DNA of 63,961 nucleotides, the filler included, from Collodictyon triciliatum (Eukaryota): assembly GCA_043381765.1 (NCBI GenBank). It is 3 parts of 3 records of this genome, joined end to end, with 100 filler letters (N's around TTAATTAATTAA, not from the genome) between each part and the next. Parts side by side here need not be neighbours in the genome. Positions count along the whole stretch, not along the records: positions 1 to 25,840 come from JBHJMP010001319.1; positions 25,941 to 44,905 come from JBHJMP010001320.1; 1 more part is not named here. One strand, given 5' to 3'. Shown here one piece after another: positions 22,012-33,593 of this stretch. Each line of letters starts with the position of its first letter. Position 1 is the stretch's first letter. Below the pieces are notes generated by a model, which worked only from the letters and a program-made list of their open reading frames with translations, had not been told where the DNA came from and ran no database searches. Position numbers and translations under genes: made by a program.

Positions 22012-23170
22012 TACGGATCTAAAAAGGCCCACAGCAACCCGCCTGAAAGGTCGACATGGAGGGGACATTTGCTTTTTTTTTTTTTTTTTGACTTCCGATT
22101 ATTTGTATTTGTGTGATGATCTCTTTACTGTGGCAACTTTTTCATTCTTAAGCTGTTTTTTTCTTCTACGTAAGAACTTTTTGTTTGTTGATATTTTCTG
22201 CTCGTCTCCTTGCTTTTGCTCGTCTTTTGCTTGTTGCTGGGATAAACCAAACCGACACCTACCGAGAGTTTCCAGTGAAGATCGACGGAAAATTGATAGG
22301 TTGGTTGTGCTTTGAGAGCCGAGAAGTTGTGTGGAATTTTCCCTTATTAAGATATAAGATGGCATCTAAATCACCATAAGTGTCGAACAAAGCTGTGAGA
22401 AGTCACCTTCAATTGCTGGGCTATCAAATTTTTATATTTCAAATACAATAACTATTTATTAATACAATAATGAGTATAAGAACAGATGCTGCTTAATTTC
22501 TAATTTTTTTATGCATATATTGATATATTCCAAAAGTATGATTCCATAACAAATTTAAAATCTTGACCGCTTTAGTCACTAGCCGTTGGCTTCAGAGAAT
22601 CTTCGTTGAAGCCCTTTGTTACAAATGTGGAAGAACAAGCAGCGCGGCCCGATTCCTTGCACATCCACCACAAGCCTGCTATATATTGGAGAGTATACCA
22701 TGCGCTTGGATGAATCAGATCTGATGGGGCTCTAAACCAATCGGAAACACTGCCAAGGACACAGGACCGCACCAAGAGGCTGGCCGATCCGCGACCCGTG
22801 TGGCGTGTGATCTGAACCCCCAGGACAGGTGCATAGAGAGTGAAAGACGCCGCACAGGGCAGTTAGGACGCACACTTTCCCCACGCGGTTCCTGATGGTA
22901 GGGAGTCACCTGCAGCTGAGGGATCAATCATTCGCCCTTTGGGGTTGTGCCTTGGGGCAAAGCAAAAAGGAATCAGTGGCAAAGGTCTCCTGGACCGTGA
23001 CCCAACTTCTGGTCACCTGTCGAAATCCCTCTGTGCTGCTTTTCATGATCCTAACCAAACAAACACCTTTCCCTCTAGGTTCCATAGATAATCTATACAT
23101 ATTTACTGTCCATAAAGCCCCGAGTATCAGAATGCTGAAGTTGTATGGAAAGCGAAGCCACGAAATCGAA

Positions 23171-24459
23171 ATGGATCTTGGTGCACAGTCTCTCCGATCT
23201 TCCCCATCAGCGCACAGCCGAAGTGCCTTTCGCCCAGATATGCACGATGAGGACATGACTGTCGTGAAAAGGGTAAGAATTCAGGAACTACAAGTTCTAT
23301 TAGGAGAAGGTCTTTCCTGCTCAAGCATGTTTGTCTGAATCACCCTCCACAACCCCCAGGGAAAATATACAGTAGAAAGCAGCCCCTCCCGAGGCTCCAA
23401 CCCTTCATCCTTCCCACCAGCCTCAACCCCAACCCGAACCGAGTTTGATGTACAAAGCCTTCTCCCACCGCACCTGCGGAAGGCCAAACAAGTTTCATTA
23501 CACAATTTCTCTGCAGTACAAGCAGAAACGTCCGATCCGGAAATTGATCGAGATAACACAGATCGTGAAGCCCACCAAGCAGAGCTTTCCTCACAAACGT
23601 CTCAAGGTTCGTTGTCTCTGACTTGTGTAGCGCACACTTATATGACTTGTTACTTCAAAACTTTTCCGTATGCAGACTGGCTTTTCACATAAAGTTTTCT
23701 TTTCTTTTCATTATTTTTCACTGCACTCCATTATTTGGCCCATTCTTATACTGTCTGATACTATAAACTTCCTTCCTTCAAGAATATATGGATGTATGTC
23801 TCCTACTTTGTATGTTATGATTCAGAGAGAATAAATGCTCAACAGGCACCCTAATAACGCACCTCCCCCATTCCCTCTCTTTTTTTTTTTCTATTTTAAT
23901 TTTAGCAGGTGGGCTCTCTGACGGAGAGAGATCAGAAGACCCGAGACCCAGGAGCCAAGGACGCAGCCGCAGGCCATCGAAGGTTGCCAGCCCTGCCACC
24001 TCGGCCATGCGGTTGTTTACAGAGGAGCAAGTGCGGGAAATGATACAGGCTGCTGTGTGCGAAAGGGAAAGCCAGCTGAGGGTGGAGTACGACCGGATTC
24101 TGTCCGAAAGATTGGCCGAACAGTACAGGAGCTTTGTCCGCTTCAACGAAGATTATATATCTCGCCAGTACAAGAGCAGGTACAATAACTCCCGATGGCT
24201 CTTCTTGCTACCCCAACACAGATATCGAAAGGCCCACTCGTGATTGTATTTCCATCTCCCCTTTTTTTTTGCCCGTTGTTGTACCGGGCATCTGGGGGAT
24301 GCAGAGATGCTCCACCGGGAGTGGTTGGTGCACCCGCAAGGGCGCCACTCTGGCCGAGAGAAGCCATGTCCCCTGCATCTCTTTCGACCCACACACTCAT
24401 ACTCATACTCATACTCACGACGTGTCATAACCTGCAGCGAGCTCAGCTACCTATCCTAA
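23171..24459 (+). CDS. akirin: Akirin-like protein, 4 exons
   Basis: C-terminal LFTEEQVREMIQAAVCERESQLRVEYDRILSERLAEQYRSFVRFNEDYISRQY and terminal SYLS* match the akirin consensus. Confidence 0.88.
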
Positions 24460-24619
24460 GCGGGGACGGGGCCGGCAGGGAGGGGGCTTATTTGCAGCAG
24501 GACAGCCGCCGCCGCCCGCAAGACTCTGAGACGCTGGAATAAAAGGAAGGGGGCAGGAGGGGCCCGATTGCGTGTATGCGCATGTGTATGAGTGTGGGTG
24601 TAGGTGTGGGGCGAGGGGA

Positions 24620-25712
24620 TCAGCCGGCCCAGTGGAGGGTACGGTACGCGACGGTGTCGGTGTCGGGGGCGGGGATGGCGAAGACGGCAGCCTTTGCCAC
24701 GGCGACGGCGGTGCGTGCGTGCTGGACGAGGCGCAGGACATCGAGCGGGGCGTCGCACGGCACAACAACGACCACGAAGCGCGCGTGGCACACCCGCGGG
24801 TCGCCCGCGTAGACCAGGAAGTCGCCCCCGAACTTGAGGCCGCACGAGACGTGGAGGCCCCGCCGCCACAGGTCGAGGAAGACGCGGGTGCGGCCGGTGG
24901 GGGCGGCGCAGGGGGCGCAGGGCGTGGAGGGCGCGGGCGGGCGGAGGGGCGGCGGGCAGGCGAGGCGCGTGGGGATGTAGGGCAGCGGCGGGCGGGCGGC
25001 AGGTGCCGGCGGGGTGGGCGGCGGGTGGTGCCGGCGGGCGCGGTCCTGGGCGGCGCGGCGGTGTGCCTCTGCGGCGTGGCGGTGCGCAAGCGTGTCCCGG
25101 GCGGCGGCTGAGGCGGCGGCAAGGGCGGGGGTCGGCCGGGCGGGCGGGGCGCAGGGGCGGGGCTGCAGGAAGCCTGTGGCGGGCACAGCGGGTCAGAGGC
25201 GTGGTGTGGCGCGGTGTGGCGTGGCGTGGCGTGGCGTGGTCAGGTCAGGCCACAAGGGCAGGACAGCGCACCCACCTTCCCGCACCCCCGCGTGGATCTG
25301 CTCCGGCGTCAGCAGCAGCGGCAGGCTCAGGCTGGCAGTCTGGTTCGGGTGCAGCGGCATGGACCCCATCCACGGCGCAGCCAGGCGGTGGCGCCACACC
25401 AGGCTCAGCGCGTCTGTGGCGGGGGAGGGGCGCGTTAGTACGTCGGCCACACAGCCACAGCCACAGCCACAGCCACAGCCACAGCCACAGCCACTCACCT
25501 TGCGCGTCCATGACAAGGCCCGCCTCCCCGCTGACACACACGGCCACCGCTTCACCGTGCGTGCACAGGCGCACGTCGTCCCCGCTGTCCGCCCCGTCCG
25601 GAGGCGTGTCGTGTGCGCTGTCCTGCATCTGCGGCGCTTGTGCGGCGTCTCGCGCTCTGTCCGCCTCGGTGGGTGTGGCCTGCGCCCGCGGGTCGGTCTG
25701 TGTTGGAAACAT
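24620..25712 (-). CDS. TSEN34: tRNA-splicing endonuclease subunit Sen34, 3 exons
   Basis: LSLPLLLTPEQ and VFLDLWRRGLHVSCGLKFGGDFLVYAGDPRVCHA...VAK with catalytic Y/H/K. Intron 1 has a GTGAGT donor and a TACTAAC branch site. Start could be 25757. Confidence 0.9.
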
Positions 25713-25840
25713 AATCGGAGTGGCGGAATTTGAAGCAGCAATGAACAAGGACGACATAACAAATAGCCCAGCGGGAAAGAAAAAAGAAAAAGAAAAAGAA
25801 AAAGAAAAAAAGCAAAAGAAAAAAAGAAAAAAAGAAAAAA

Positions 25841-25940
25841 NNNNNNNNNNNNNNNNNNNNNNNNNNNNNNNNNNNNNNNNNNNNTTAATTAATTAANNNN
25901 NNNNNNNNNNNNNNNNNNNNNNNNNNNNNNNNNNNNNNNN
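25841..25940. other. Artificial contig linker N44-TTAATTAATTAA-N44
   Basis: Six-frame-stop spacer inside Ns; an identical 100-bp structure occurs at 44906-45005. Confidence 0.95.
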
Positions 25941-26032
25941 ACAAAAACAAAAACAAAAACAAAAACAAAAACAAAAACAAAAACAAAAACAAAAACAAAA
26001 ACAAAAACAAAAACAAAAACAAAAACAAAAAC
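25941..26032. repeat. (CAAAAA)n microsatellite
   Basis: Hexanucleotide run at the contig edge. Confidence 0.9.
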
Positions 26033-26141
26033 AAGATAATAAGAATTGATGAAAAAGAAATAAAAGACTGGCAACCCATCGAAGCAAAAGCAAGCCCCAA
26101 CCCACAGAACCCTCCTCCTCAACAGACCAACACCGCCAACG

Positions 26142-28091
26142 ATGAGCAAAAGCAGCACAACAGAAGCGGCACCAGATCCACAGAGCCACGTGCCAGGATA
26201 CGGCGGCTTCCTCCCCGAGTGGCAGCACACAATCGGGTCGTCCCTGCCGCGCCACAGCCGGGGACTCTACTCGCCGGATCGCCGCCCGGGGACGCAGCCG
26301 GCCACCCGCCACAGCCACAGCCACAGCCACACGCGCTTCCGCCTGCCAGCGGGGACCCAGGGCGCCACACAGCCGGGAGAGACACCGGAGGAGGCGGAGG
26401 CGGAGGCGGGGACGAGCCATCTGCCGGGGTACGCGGGGCACGTGCGGTCGCGGCCGGAGGCGGTGGGTGCGACGTTCGGGCGGATGACGCAGCAGCAGTG
26501 CCACCCGCAGGCGCAGGGCATGGCGACGTCCGCGCAGCAGACACACAACGCCGCCGCCCTGGGCGAGCCGGGGGCACACTTCCTTGCGGCCGCGGCACAG
26601 CGAACGTCCCAACCGGCGACGCAGCTGCTGACGCCCACGGAGCCGCCTCTGCCGCTGCCGTTGTCGTCCGGCCCCCAGCAGGCGACGTATGCGCGGGCGG
26701 CAGAGACCACGTCGGGGGCGGCGCATTCCAGGGCGGCGCTGGGCGAGTGGCACCGCGACACGCAGGCGACGTATGCGCGACACCCCGTGGGCGCGGCGCG
26801 GGCGGGCGGGACGATTGCGGACGCGCTGACATACGCGTCGCCAGGGGGTGATGATGGGGACGGGGCGGCTGCGACCGGGACACTGGCGCCCGCAGACCCT
26901 GCCGACGCGGCGTTCCGGCCACACCTGCGCCACACGCACGTGCCGGGGTACGGGGGCCACGTGGCGGGGACGCGGGACGTGCTGGGGCGGTCCTTCCCGG
27001 CGGCTGCGCACGGGCGCTTCCACGGGCCGTCGCTCGACACGACGCTGGCGCAGTTCCTCAGCGCAGACGCCCTGGGCGAGTACCACCGCGCCACAGACCC
27101 CGACCCCGCCGCCCGCGTGCGCTCGTGCATCCCGCCGCCCGCGTCGCCTCCGCCCTCCCGCCCGCACTCGCCCGCAAGTCTGGCCCGCCGCGTCAAGATG
27201 GGGTACGCCGGACACGTCCCCGGGTGGCGCGACGTCGTGCAGGAGCCCTTCGGCCGCTTCGCCCACCCGCACGCAGCCTTCGCCCCGGGCGACATCGCCA
27301 GCATGCAGAATCTCGGCCACTCCCTGCACGCCGTGCACCTCGACGCGGAGGACTCCCACACGCTGACGTACACGGAGCGCGACGCCGGATGCATCCCCAC
27401 CACCGCTGACGACGACAACACGGTCGCCGTCGCCCTCCCTCCGCAGCGCCTCGCCCCAGGCAAAGTCGCCCACGTGCAGCAGCATCCGGCCCACCACTAT
27501 CGCCCGGCCACCCCGCCAAACGGCACAGACGCAGACGCAGATGCAGACGCAGATGCAGATGCAGGCCACGTCCCTCATCCCCGCCGCACAGGCGTCCCCT
27601 TCCACGGCCACGCGCCCGTCCCGCTGTCCTTCCAGCAGACCCGCCGCACGCTCTCTGCATCGGCATCTGCATCGCCATCGCTTACGCACCGCACCAACCA
27701 TATCCCTGGATATGCTGGACACATCCCCGAGGTCCGCGAGGCGGTGGCCGAGACATTTGGCGTGGCGACAGAGGCCATTTATGTGGACGCCCTCACAAAC
27801 CCTGCGCATGCCCTCACGCACGGCACACGCACCACTGCTGGCGCCTACTTCTCCAAGGACGTACTCGGTGAGTATCTCCGCAGCACAAATCCCGGCAGCA
27901 CCTCCGTTGCTCAGATGAGAACGCGCACGATGATAGAGACTGGCGAGTCGCAGCCTGTGTCAAATTCCTCAGACATTCGGCATGCTCGCCCCCGAAATCA
28001 GTTTCAGGCTGCGGGTTCCATCCAGCGGAAGGATTCATCAGAGACCCTGTCCCGTGCTGCACTCTCGCCGCCACCTCCGTTTCCTGTCTGA
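26142..28091 (+). CDS. FAM166/CIMIP2-like ciliary microtubule inner protein with repeated PGYxG[HF]xP motifs, apparently single exon
   Basis: HVPGYGGFLP, HLPGYAGHV, HVPGYGGHVAG, KMGYAGHVPG and HIPGYAGHIP, several followed by TFG/SF, in a 649-aa ORF. Confidence 0.75.
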   Translation: MSKSSTTEAAPDPQSHVPGYGGFLPEWQHTIGSSLPRHSRGLYSPDRRPGTQPATRHSHSHSHTRFRLPAGTQGATQPGETPEEAEAEAGTSHLPGYAGHVRSRPEAVGATFGRMTQQQCHPQAQGMATSAQQTHNAAALGEPGAHFLAAAAQRTSQPATQLLTPTEPPLPLPLSSGPQQATYARAAETTSGAAHSRAALGEWHRDTQATYARHPVGAARAGGTIADALTYASPGGDDGDGAAATGTLAPADPADAAFRPHLRHTHVPGYGGHVAGTRDVLGRSFPAAAHGRFHGPSLDTTLAQFLSADALGEYHRATDPDPAARVRSCIPPPASPPPSRPHSPASLARRVKMGYAGHVPGWRDVVQEPFGRFAHPHAAFAPGDIASMQNLGHSLHAVHLDAEDSHTLTYTERDAGCIPTTADDDNTVAVALPPQRLAPGKVAHVQQHPAHHYRPATPPNGTDADADADADADAGHVPHPRRTGVPFHGHAPVPLSFQQTRRTLSASASASPSLTHRTNHIPGYAGHIPEVREAVAETFGVATEAIYVDALTNPAHALTHGTRTTAGAYFSKDVLGEYLRSTNPGSTSVAQMRTRTMIETGESQPVSNSSDIRHARPRNQFQAAGSIQRKDSSETLSRAALSPPPPFPV

Positions 28092-28839
28092 TGGGATACC
28101 CTTCTTTTCCTTTCTTTTTTCCTTTCCCCCTCCCTCCCGCTTTCATTAGCCAACTAGAGGGAAGGGAATCAAACATAGTGCAGGTAACAAGACGATTTTT
28201 TCTTGGGAATTATGACACGCACATCAAAGAGAACGTCCAACTGGTTTTGTGGTGGTTTGATTAAAAAAAAAAAAAAAAAAAGGAATGGAACGATAAATAG
28301 TTGATATGTCTACCCAGAAAAAAAGAAGTTGGAGTACCTCATTTTCTTCCCCAAATGAGTTGATTTTTGCCCCAGATAAAGCCAGTTATCACCACCATTG
28401 CTTTGTTTGCTCCCAATGTGCTCTTCTCTGTCCTGTCACAATGTACCATCCTCTTTTCCCAACCCTATTCCCCCCACTTCAGTTCACCTCTCCTTTACAA
28501 TCCTCCTCCTCTCTTCATTTGTCTTCACCTCCACAAAGAAACCAACGAATAAACAGAAGACAAACGAAAATCGAGAATATTTAAACGCACACAAGGGCAG
28601 ATGGTGCAGACTTATCGGCAATTTTATGGCATACATTGCGAGAGTCTGGTTCAAGCAAGTTTGTTTTGTTTTCTTTCTTTCTTTCTTTAAAGAAGGCCAA
28701 ACAACAAGTAGTAGAAGAATTAATGTCTGTCAATCACTGCTAATGTGAGATGCAACAGTTTTGGAAGAAGCTTTTCCCAGCACTGTCTCCCTTCTTGGGT
28801 TTGAACTCCTTTTCCTTTTCCTCCTTTTTCTTATTGTTG

Positions 28840-29700
28840 TTAAACGAGGGCCTTCCGAACAAGGGGAATTCCTTCCTGCATCAACGAGCGGGCCTCTCGG
28901 ACAGAGTCGTACTGGAACCGCATTGTGGCCCATCGGTCGTACGCCTCTTCACTGTGGGAGCGCATATATCGCTGGAACTCGTCGGCTGTTTGGCTTGAAA
29001 CACCTTCGCTTATCATGGTGGATGTGAGTTGTACAATACCGCCCTACATATAAACCCAAGAAAAAAAATCACTTGCGGTAAGCAATAGTATTTTTTTATT
29101 ACTGTTTTTCTTCCTTTTTGATTTCTTTCCATACATTTTTATGAAAATAAGAAACTAGATTAAAACATTAATATTACTCATCCTATTTCTTTTATAATAA
29201 TTATTATCACACGAGGGCTCATTAAATAGGATGTTTTACGCGATTTGCTTCAGACTCAAATCCTTGGGATTTCAATTGGGCTCTCATGACATAATCTTGC
29301 TCGTTCATCGCGCGAAGAAGACCCTTTAAAATAAAATAAAATCATAAAATACAACGGCATAATACCCACAATTTAGGGACAACAGTTATTATCTCATGCT
29401 TGCTGTATATAAAATCTCTGCCATTTGTCACATTAATATAATGTTAAATTTTGGAGTAGGAAATCACTTTGAATCGAATAAACGGGAAAAAATCGAAGAA
29501 GAAAATGTATTTCAATATCTTAATTATAATTCAGTAACTTCTTGACTTACATCCGTTTGAGTCACAAAGTAGTAAGGTGTGGCAATAGGGACGTATGTTT
29601 GGATTTTGATAGAATACTTTCCCAGGTAGTAAAGGGCATAAGCCACGGTTTGAAGGAGTATTGTAAGGACAAACTGAAGAGATGCTATGACATCAAACTA

Positions 29701-29799
<99 letters not shown>

Positions 29800-32056
29800 G
29801 AAAGAGAAAAGAGTAAAGACAATATATTATGCACAATAATTGAAAGTATCAGCTGACCAATCTAATTATGTAGCGTTATAAGCTTATAATATAATGAGGG
29901 GAATCAGAAAAAAAAATCAACAAAATAATTTATCATCTATATATCAGTTCAAACTGAATATCCGTCGTTTGAGGGGAAAATACAGTACGACTCGGTTGTT
30001 CCGCAGTTATAATTCGACATAAATTCTCCAGCCAAGTCAGCAAGGAGTACCGCAAGAGGTATAGGAAGCATGAGAATGAGAAAAAGGTAATGAACGTTGT
30101 TGATGATATTTGAAACAACAATTTCGATCTATGGTTAAAAGAAATCAATAAAAATACAGACATTCGGTCCATGACAAAAAAANNNNNNNNNNNNNNNNNN
30201 NNNNNNNNNNNNNNNNNNNNNNNNNNNNNNNNNNNNNNNNNNNNNNNNNNNNNNNNNNNNNNNNNNNNNNNNNNNNNNNNNNNNNNNNNNNNNNNNNNNN
30301 NNNNNNNNNNNNNNNNNNNNNNNNNNNNNNNNNNNNNNNNNNNNNNNNNNNNNNNNNNNNNNNNNNNNNNNNNNNNNNNNNNNNNNNNNNNNNNNNNNNN
30401 NNNNNNNNGGATAAATCAACTAGTGGATTGTAAAATAATCTTTGATTTCAAACCAGCTAAACAAACGAAAGCAGCATGGAAGGCAATCAGGATGACCATT
30501 GTCGCAAAGAAGGAAGCTGCGTAACACCCGATGGAGATTAGGACAGCGGGGTAGACTGGAAGGGAAAGAATACCTAAAGGAAGAGCGAGGACAGCATACG
30601 CAAAGTATGCGCATATCTTATCCATGTACCGTTCAAAGGTATACAATGTACTCCTGATCTCGTAAGTCCACTAAATATTTATGATGAAATAAACACTACA
30701 TTTAACATGAGAAATTATATTATATGCATATTAATAAGACAGTTAATGTGTTAAAGTAATTGGCATTTGAATTGATACTTATAGAACATATTTAAAAGAA
30801 CTTTGAATCGAATAAGGGAAAAAAAGAATATATTTACAAGAACTCTTTTCTCGGCCCGGTACTGAACAATGTTGAAGATGACAATTAAAAGATGAGGAAT
30901 CAAGCGAGAGGAGTACTGAACCGATAAAGTCAGCTTAAAGTCCTGTTTTAATTTTGATTGTAAATTTTCTCATACCAAAAGGTATGACTAGAGAACTAAA
31001 TTTACCAACGATACCCTTACTAACAATACTTTTAACAAGAAAAGTATATCTATCTTAAAAAAATAAAAGGAATAATAAAAAAGATAATCATGACAAACAT
31101 ACAAATAAACAAAAAAAAAAGATGAAGAAAGGACAAAAAAGTCAGAAAAATTATTATGATGAAAATTGGCCATTTATCTTTCAGTGAAGGTTACTCTTAC
31201 GTCTCTATCCCACATTGCTGGAAACCCCATACGAGTATCAAATACAAGTAGCAGAATCGCAAGTGTGGACAGAAATGAATTCATGTTAAGAATACAGTTG
31301 TTCAAAATCCTAATTGAAAATTACTTCAGATGATTCAATATCGAACACAATATATTTGCATCGATTGATATTAGCTAGATTCATCTTTGTCTACATCGAC
31401 TATGGTTACAAATCTCATAAAAAAGATGCCTACCTGTCAAACCGAACAAATCCGAAAACCTTACTGACGGTTCCCTTTCTCTCAAAGAATGGAAGATTGG
31501 TCATAAACTCATCTTTTGATTTTTCTAAGAGCATCTGTCTAAAAGTAAGGATTCAAGTTTATGACTGAATTAAGAGAACCAAACTTAATTTCAAAAAAAA
31601 AAAGTCACACAAATCGCTCTACTTATATTGAAATATAATTAATCAATAACTATAAAAGTGGTGGCATTAAAGTAATTCCTAGGAAGAATTACGATAAAGA
31701 ATAAGACAAACACTATGAGCAATCTATACTCAGTTACTAAATACGTACTGCTGGTATTGAGGCCAACCGAGACCGTCGATGACCACATAGACAGTCAAGA
31801 ACATAAAAAACAGCTGCGCAATTTCGGCATCTGCAAGACCCTACCACATGTAATATTGCTATTTACTTATCATAGATTACATAGTCTAAAGGGTTTGATG
31901 GTTAAAACATATGGAATCAAAATAATAATAACAAAGAACAAAAGAAACGGGCTTGGTTTTGAACCATACGATCTTGCCACAGCCTTTGTCCGCAAAGTCC
32001 TCGGAAAAAAAGTCGTACAGCGGGTTGTAGTCCTTATTATCCACACAGAGTGCCAT
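28840..32056 (-). CDS. Multi-exon multi-pass membrane protein of unknown function (an intron spans the N gap 30183-30408)
   Basis: Series of GT-AG exons from MALCVDNKDYNPLYDFF through hydrophobic segments (AYFAYAVLALPLGILSLPVYPAVLISIG; LFLILMLPIPLAVLL) to EGIPLVRKALV*. Some junctions are ambiguous. Confidence 0.65.
29466..29492 (+). mobile_element. Micro-retroinsertion, family A (intronic)
   Basis: actttgaatcgaataaacgggaaaaaa; any flanking duplication is only weakly discernible. Confidence 0.6.
29701..29797. repeat. (AAT)n microsatellite, intronic
   Basis: Perfect run. Confidence 0.95.
30801..30824 (+). mobile_element. Micro-retroinsertion, family A, with 18-bp TSD
   Basis: agaacatatttaaaagaa|ctttgaatcgaataagggaaaaaa|agaatatatttacaagaa (2 mismatches between the repeats). 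Confidence 0.8.
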
Positions 32057-32249
32057 ATTCCTAGTACAGCGGAGGTTACACAACTAGACCATGCGCACCA
32101 TAACTCTCTGCTGAGGGACTGAGTCAGGCGTGTAGTCAAGCGCAACACTTTCTGATTTGTGGGTTCGTTTTTCTTGGCAGGTTATTTTCCTTCAGTTTCT
32201 GCTTTATCATACCATTATAAGATAGAGTGTACTTGCTCAAATTATGGTA

Positions 32250-32942
32250 TGAGTGAGCCAATTTATGCTTTTCTGCAACCAAAAATTCTCAAAGCGCTGC
32301 ATCGTCAGTTCTGCGCAGAGTCGACCTCTCCAGAATGCACAATGTGCCATAGCGGAGACGACTCTATCGAACACACATTTGTGAAGTGCTCTCTTGCTCA
32401 AAAAGTCACATAATCCACCCACAAGATGCTCTCTGGGCTTGATTATGCTCCCAACCGACTCAGCGCGTCTGACATCCTATTTGGCCCACAATACCAAATG
32501 ACCCACGACTCTAGAATACTCTGGACAGTCACAAGGGGACATATACTGGTGGTTCTTATGGAGTATGTGCATTCTCTCTCTAATGATTTACCCGAACTAG
32601 AAACCTATGTATCCAGGCTTGAAAGCCTCGCGCAATACAGCTTCCTGAACAGCCTGCTGAAACATACCCGCATTCTTCGCTACTCTGACCGCAAGCGAAG
32701 AGAGATGTGTGAGTGTGTTGTAATATATTTCCCACAGCATATCCAACCCCTGTTACCCACGCAGCCAATCAACCAGTTGGGTCGCCCATCTGACCAACCC
32801 GCTACCACTGATTTCTTTCCAGTGCTAGCCTCTCCACGGTAGTGTCTTCTCTTACTCACGTTTGCTCTCTCCCATGCGCTCCCATCCCGCCCCTTTGTTT
32901 GGCATAACCTCGCTGCACTTTGAATCGAATAAAGCAAAAAAA
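32250..32942 (+). mobile_element. 5'-truncated, decayed non-LTR (L1/Tx1-like) retrotransposon 3' end, family A
   Basis: zf-RVT-like CTMCHSGDDSIEHTFVKC..AQKV, an in-frame TAA at 32411-32413, the same frame continuing to 32842, then a 3' UTR ending ctttgaatcgaataaagcaaaaaaa. Confidence 0.75.
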
Positions 32943-33490
32943 TCATGGGAAAAAATGCTGCAAATTTTACATAACGATTATGAAATTTATAGCTATATGT
33001 CATCATAAATTATTAATTGGATGCAAAGATGACTTGATTGATAAATTCTGTATATTTTATCCCTCTTGCTGCCTTGAATCATAGGATTGTATTGCCTGAG
33101 TATAATGTATTGTTCAATACCTCCTGCGGCCTTGAAAATTTCAAATAAAATACGTCACCTCAGATACATGACGCACACAAGTGACGCACAGACCTACCTG
33201 AGCCCATATAAATAATAAATTCCACACGAAAACAATTTCTCAGAAGTTTCATCGGCCTGTGCTATACTTAAAGTCTCTCCTGTCAAAGTTCAGACAGACA
33301 TCATGTGCCACTCCTCTGAATCTAAATTGTTGGTCGGTCAATGAGGTAGTCAGCCTCTGCGCACATAGCCGCACTGTTCTTTCGGACACCGCGCTCTTCT
33401 ATCAGTGTTACATATAAAATACCATTTTTAAAAGAGATAAAACATATGTCTATATGTACTATACAGGACGCAACTACAACGCACGATTCT

Positions 33491-33526
33491 TTTTTTTTTT
33501 TTTATTCTTCCTTTCAACTTTTGTGC
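33491..33526 (-). mobile_element. Micro-retroinsertion, family B, with perfect 15-bp TSD
   Basis: acaacgcacgattct at 33476-33490 and 33527-33541 flanks the reverse complement of gcacaaaagttgaaaggaagaat(A)13. Confidence 0.82.
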
Positions 33527-33593
33527 ACAACGCACGATTCTATTAATTCAGCCCCAGGACTCGAACAAACCGTCTCTGCTCACCTTTGTCACG

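Noticed and set aside
25885-25896. TTAATTAATTAA palindrome (also at 44950-44961) as a biological site
   Set aside because: Centred in identical 100-bp N blocks; this is a six-frame-stop assembly linker.
25893-27821. 642-aa and 398-aa antisense ORFs in the GC island
   Set aside because: Stop-codon scarcity at high GC; the motif-bearing frame is 26142-28091 (+).
32411-32413. In-frame TAA as evidence of a variant genetic code
   Set aside because: Host genes end in TAA, TAG or TGA and have no internal stops; this is decay of a retroelement.
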